Assembly (NCBI GenBank): GCA_039805445.1
Contig: JBDLUF010000001.1
Coordinates: forward strand, 1 to 40,006
Length of the DNA: 40,006 bases
From: Actinomycetota bacterium
GTDB taxonomy: Bacteria > Actinomycetota > Actinomycetes > Nanopelagicales > Nanopelagicaceae
Direction: 5' to 3'
In this document: one piece after another, positions 38,840 through 40,006 of the stretch
Layout: each line of letters starts with the position of its first letter
Position numbering within the stretch: position 1 is the stretch's first letter
Notes under the pieces: generated by a model
What the model saw: the letters and a program-made list of their open reading frames with translations, nothing else
Database searches by the model: none
Told to the model about the DNA's origin: nothing
Program-made: the position numbers and the translations under genes

Positions 38840-39679
38840 ATGGATCTAATCGCTTCCCTGCAATGTGCAGATCAGCCTGGCATCGTTCATGCGATGACTT
38901 CGGCGGTTCTTGGCTGTGGTGGAAACATTATTGAGAACCAACAGTTCACAGATCCGACCACTAACCAATTTGTTATGCGCACCCGCTTTGAAACTTCACA
39001 GGGAATTGATGGCGCGCACAAGAGTTTGAATGAAGGTTTGTCAAAGTTCAATCCCACTCTTCATATTCGACCAACTGCTCAAAAGCCACGAGCACTTGTT
39101 ATGGTTACAAAGGAAAGTCACTGCTTACGTGATCTTTTGTACTTAGAAGAGCTTGGCGAACTTAACATCGAAATCCCATTGGTAATTTCAAATCGCGAGG
39201 AGCTTCGTTCATTAGTTGAATCCCATGGTGTTAAGTTCCTGTACCTGCCTGTGTCATCTGATAACAAGGCGGCACAAGAAGCTGAAATTTTAAAGAAAAT
39301 TGAAGAACTAAAGATTGATTTTGTTGTACTTGCTCGATACATGCAAATACTTTCTGCCGATTTCTGCAACACAATGCCCGGCAAGATCATTAACATCCAT
39401 CACTCATTCTTACCTGGCTTTAAAGGTGCAAAGCCTTATCACCAGGCACATGAGCGTGGAGTAAAGATTATTGGAGCATCTGCTCACTTTGTCACAAGAG
39501 ATTTAGATGAAGGTCCAATCATTGAACAGGATGTTGCCCATGTAACCCACAACGCTTCTGCGGAAGAGTTGATTGCTATTGGTCGTGACATTGAACGCAG
39601 AGTCTTAGCAAAAGCAGTTAAGTTGTATGCAGATGACAAGATTTTCATTGTCGGTAAGCGAACAGTAGTTTTCTCTTAA
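38840..39679 (+). CDS. purU: Formyltetrahydrofolate deformylase
   Basis: N-terminal ACT domain (CADQPGIV), VLARYMQILS, INIHHSFLPGFKGAKPYHQA, DEGPIIEQ. Confidence 0.97.
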   Translation: MDLIASLQCADQPGIVHAMTSAVLGCGGNIIENQQFTDPTTNQFVMRTRFETSQGIDGAHKSLNEGLSKFNPTLHIRPTAQKPRALVMVTKESHCLRDLLYLEELGELNIEIPLVISNREELRSLVESHGVKFLYLPVSSDNKAAQEAEILKKIEELKIDFVVLARYMQILSADFCNTMPGKIINIHHSFLPGFKGAKPYHQAHERGVKIIGASAHFVTRDLDEGPIIEQDVAHVTHNASAEELIAIGRDIERRVLAKAVKLYADDKIFIVGKRTVVFS

Positions 39680-39704
39680 AACTTTGAAATAAGTGATAAT
39701 CGAG

Positions 39705-39777
39705 TGTCCCCGGCGGGAGTTGAACCTGCGACCTACCGCTTAGGAGGCGGTTGCTCTATCCACTGAGCTACGGGGAC
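39705..39777 (-). tRNA. tRNA-Arg(CCT), CCA not encoded
   Basis: GTCCCCG/CGGGGAC acceptor stem + A; TAGCTCAGTGGATAGAGC D arm; anticodon arm ACCGC-CTCCTAA-GCGGT. Confidence 0.95.
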
Positions 39778-39812
39778 CAATCACTGTTAATTACTTCATA
39801 ACACGGCCCAAT

Positions 39813-39864
39813 CTTGTCATGAAAAAGATGAAGCCTTGTCATGAATAAAGTGTGCGGGTAGAAT
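39813..39864 (+). promoter_or_regulatory. Sigma70-type promoter (TTGTCA-17-TAGAAT) overlapped by a tandem 11-bp repeat
   Basis: TTGTCA 39836-39841, TAGAAT 39859-39864; CTTGTCATGAA at 39813-39823 and 39835-39845. Confidence 0.65.
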
Positions 39865-39910
39865 GCCTAATCTAACGAAAAGGAAGTTATTCCCTCATGA
39901 GAGGCCAACA

Positions 39911-40006
39911 ATGAAGGCGCTAGTTATAGGCGCGGGCGGAGTTGGCAGAGCTATTGTCAATATCGCATCACGTAAACCATTTATTTCTGAGATGGTTGTC
40001 GCTGAT
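39911..40006 (+). CDS. 5' fragment of a saccharopine dehydrogenase-family (carboxyspermidine/homospermidine synthase-like) NAD(P)-dependent oxidoreductase
   Basis: MKALVIGAGGVGRAIVNIASRKPFISEMVVAD: Rossmann GAGGVG motif and 'VVAD' strand; GAGG SD; only 32 codons visible. Confidence 0.65.
   Translation, partial: MKALVIGAGGVGRAIVNIASRKPFISEMVVAD

Overview
Gene-dense actinobacterial chromosome segment of moderate GC (judged by eye). Gene order, overlapping stop/start codons and missing accessory genes suggest a streamlined freshwater acI / 'Ca. Nanopelagicales'-type genome (inference). Positions 1-7431 form an accessory block hanging off the 3' end of tRNA-Leu(TAA). It holds a giant secreted protein of at least 1676 codons that runs off the window edge and is absent from the ORF track (Asp-box propeller, 5 FN3 domains, Ig-like repeats, perfect Pro-Thr microsatellite). 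A NarL/LuxR regulator and an atypical multi-TM kinase are transcribed divergently from it. The rest is mostly core: dinB-like, udgB, ppx, DUF501, ftsB, eno, mazG, SurA-like lipoprotein, mfd, ppc, pth, rplY, prs, glmU, tRNA-Gln, ispE, rsmA, tatD, metG, rsmI, pmt, glpR/sepX, GNAT, MoeA-like glp, 5-formyl-THF cyclo-ligase, acyl-CoA dehydrogenase, CopD-CtaG fusion, CopC-like, FmdB, a 38-aa microprotein, MMPL, purU, tRNA-Arg and the start of a saccharopine-dehydrogenase-family gene. The most notable observations are: (i) a minimized, apparently catalytically dead gephyrin/MoeA-like protein in a cluster with GlpR/SepX; (ii) the tRNA-anchored giant surface protein plus two-component module; (iii) a structured rplY leader whose SD-sequestering hairpin also looks like a terminator; (iv) a CopC-like protein with no His; and (v) many predicted leaderless genes. 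No CRISPR array, integrase or transposase was seen.
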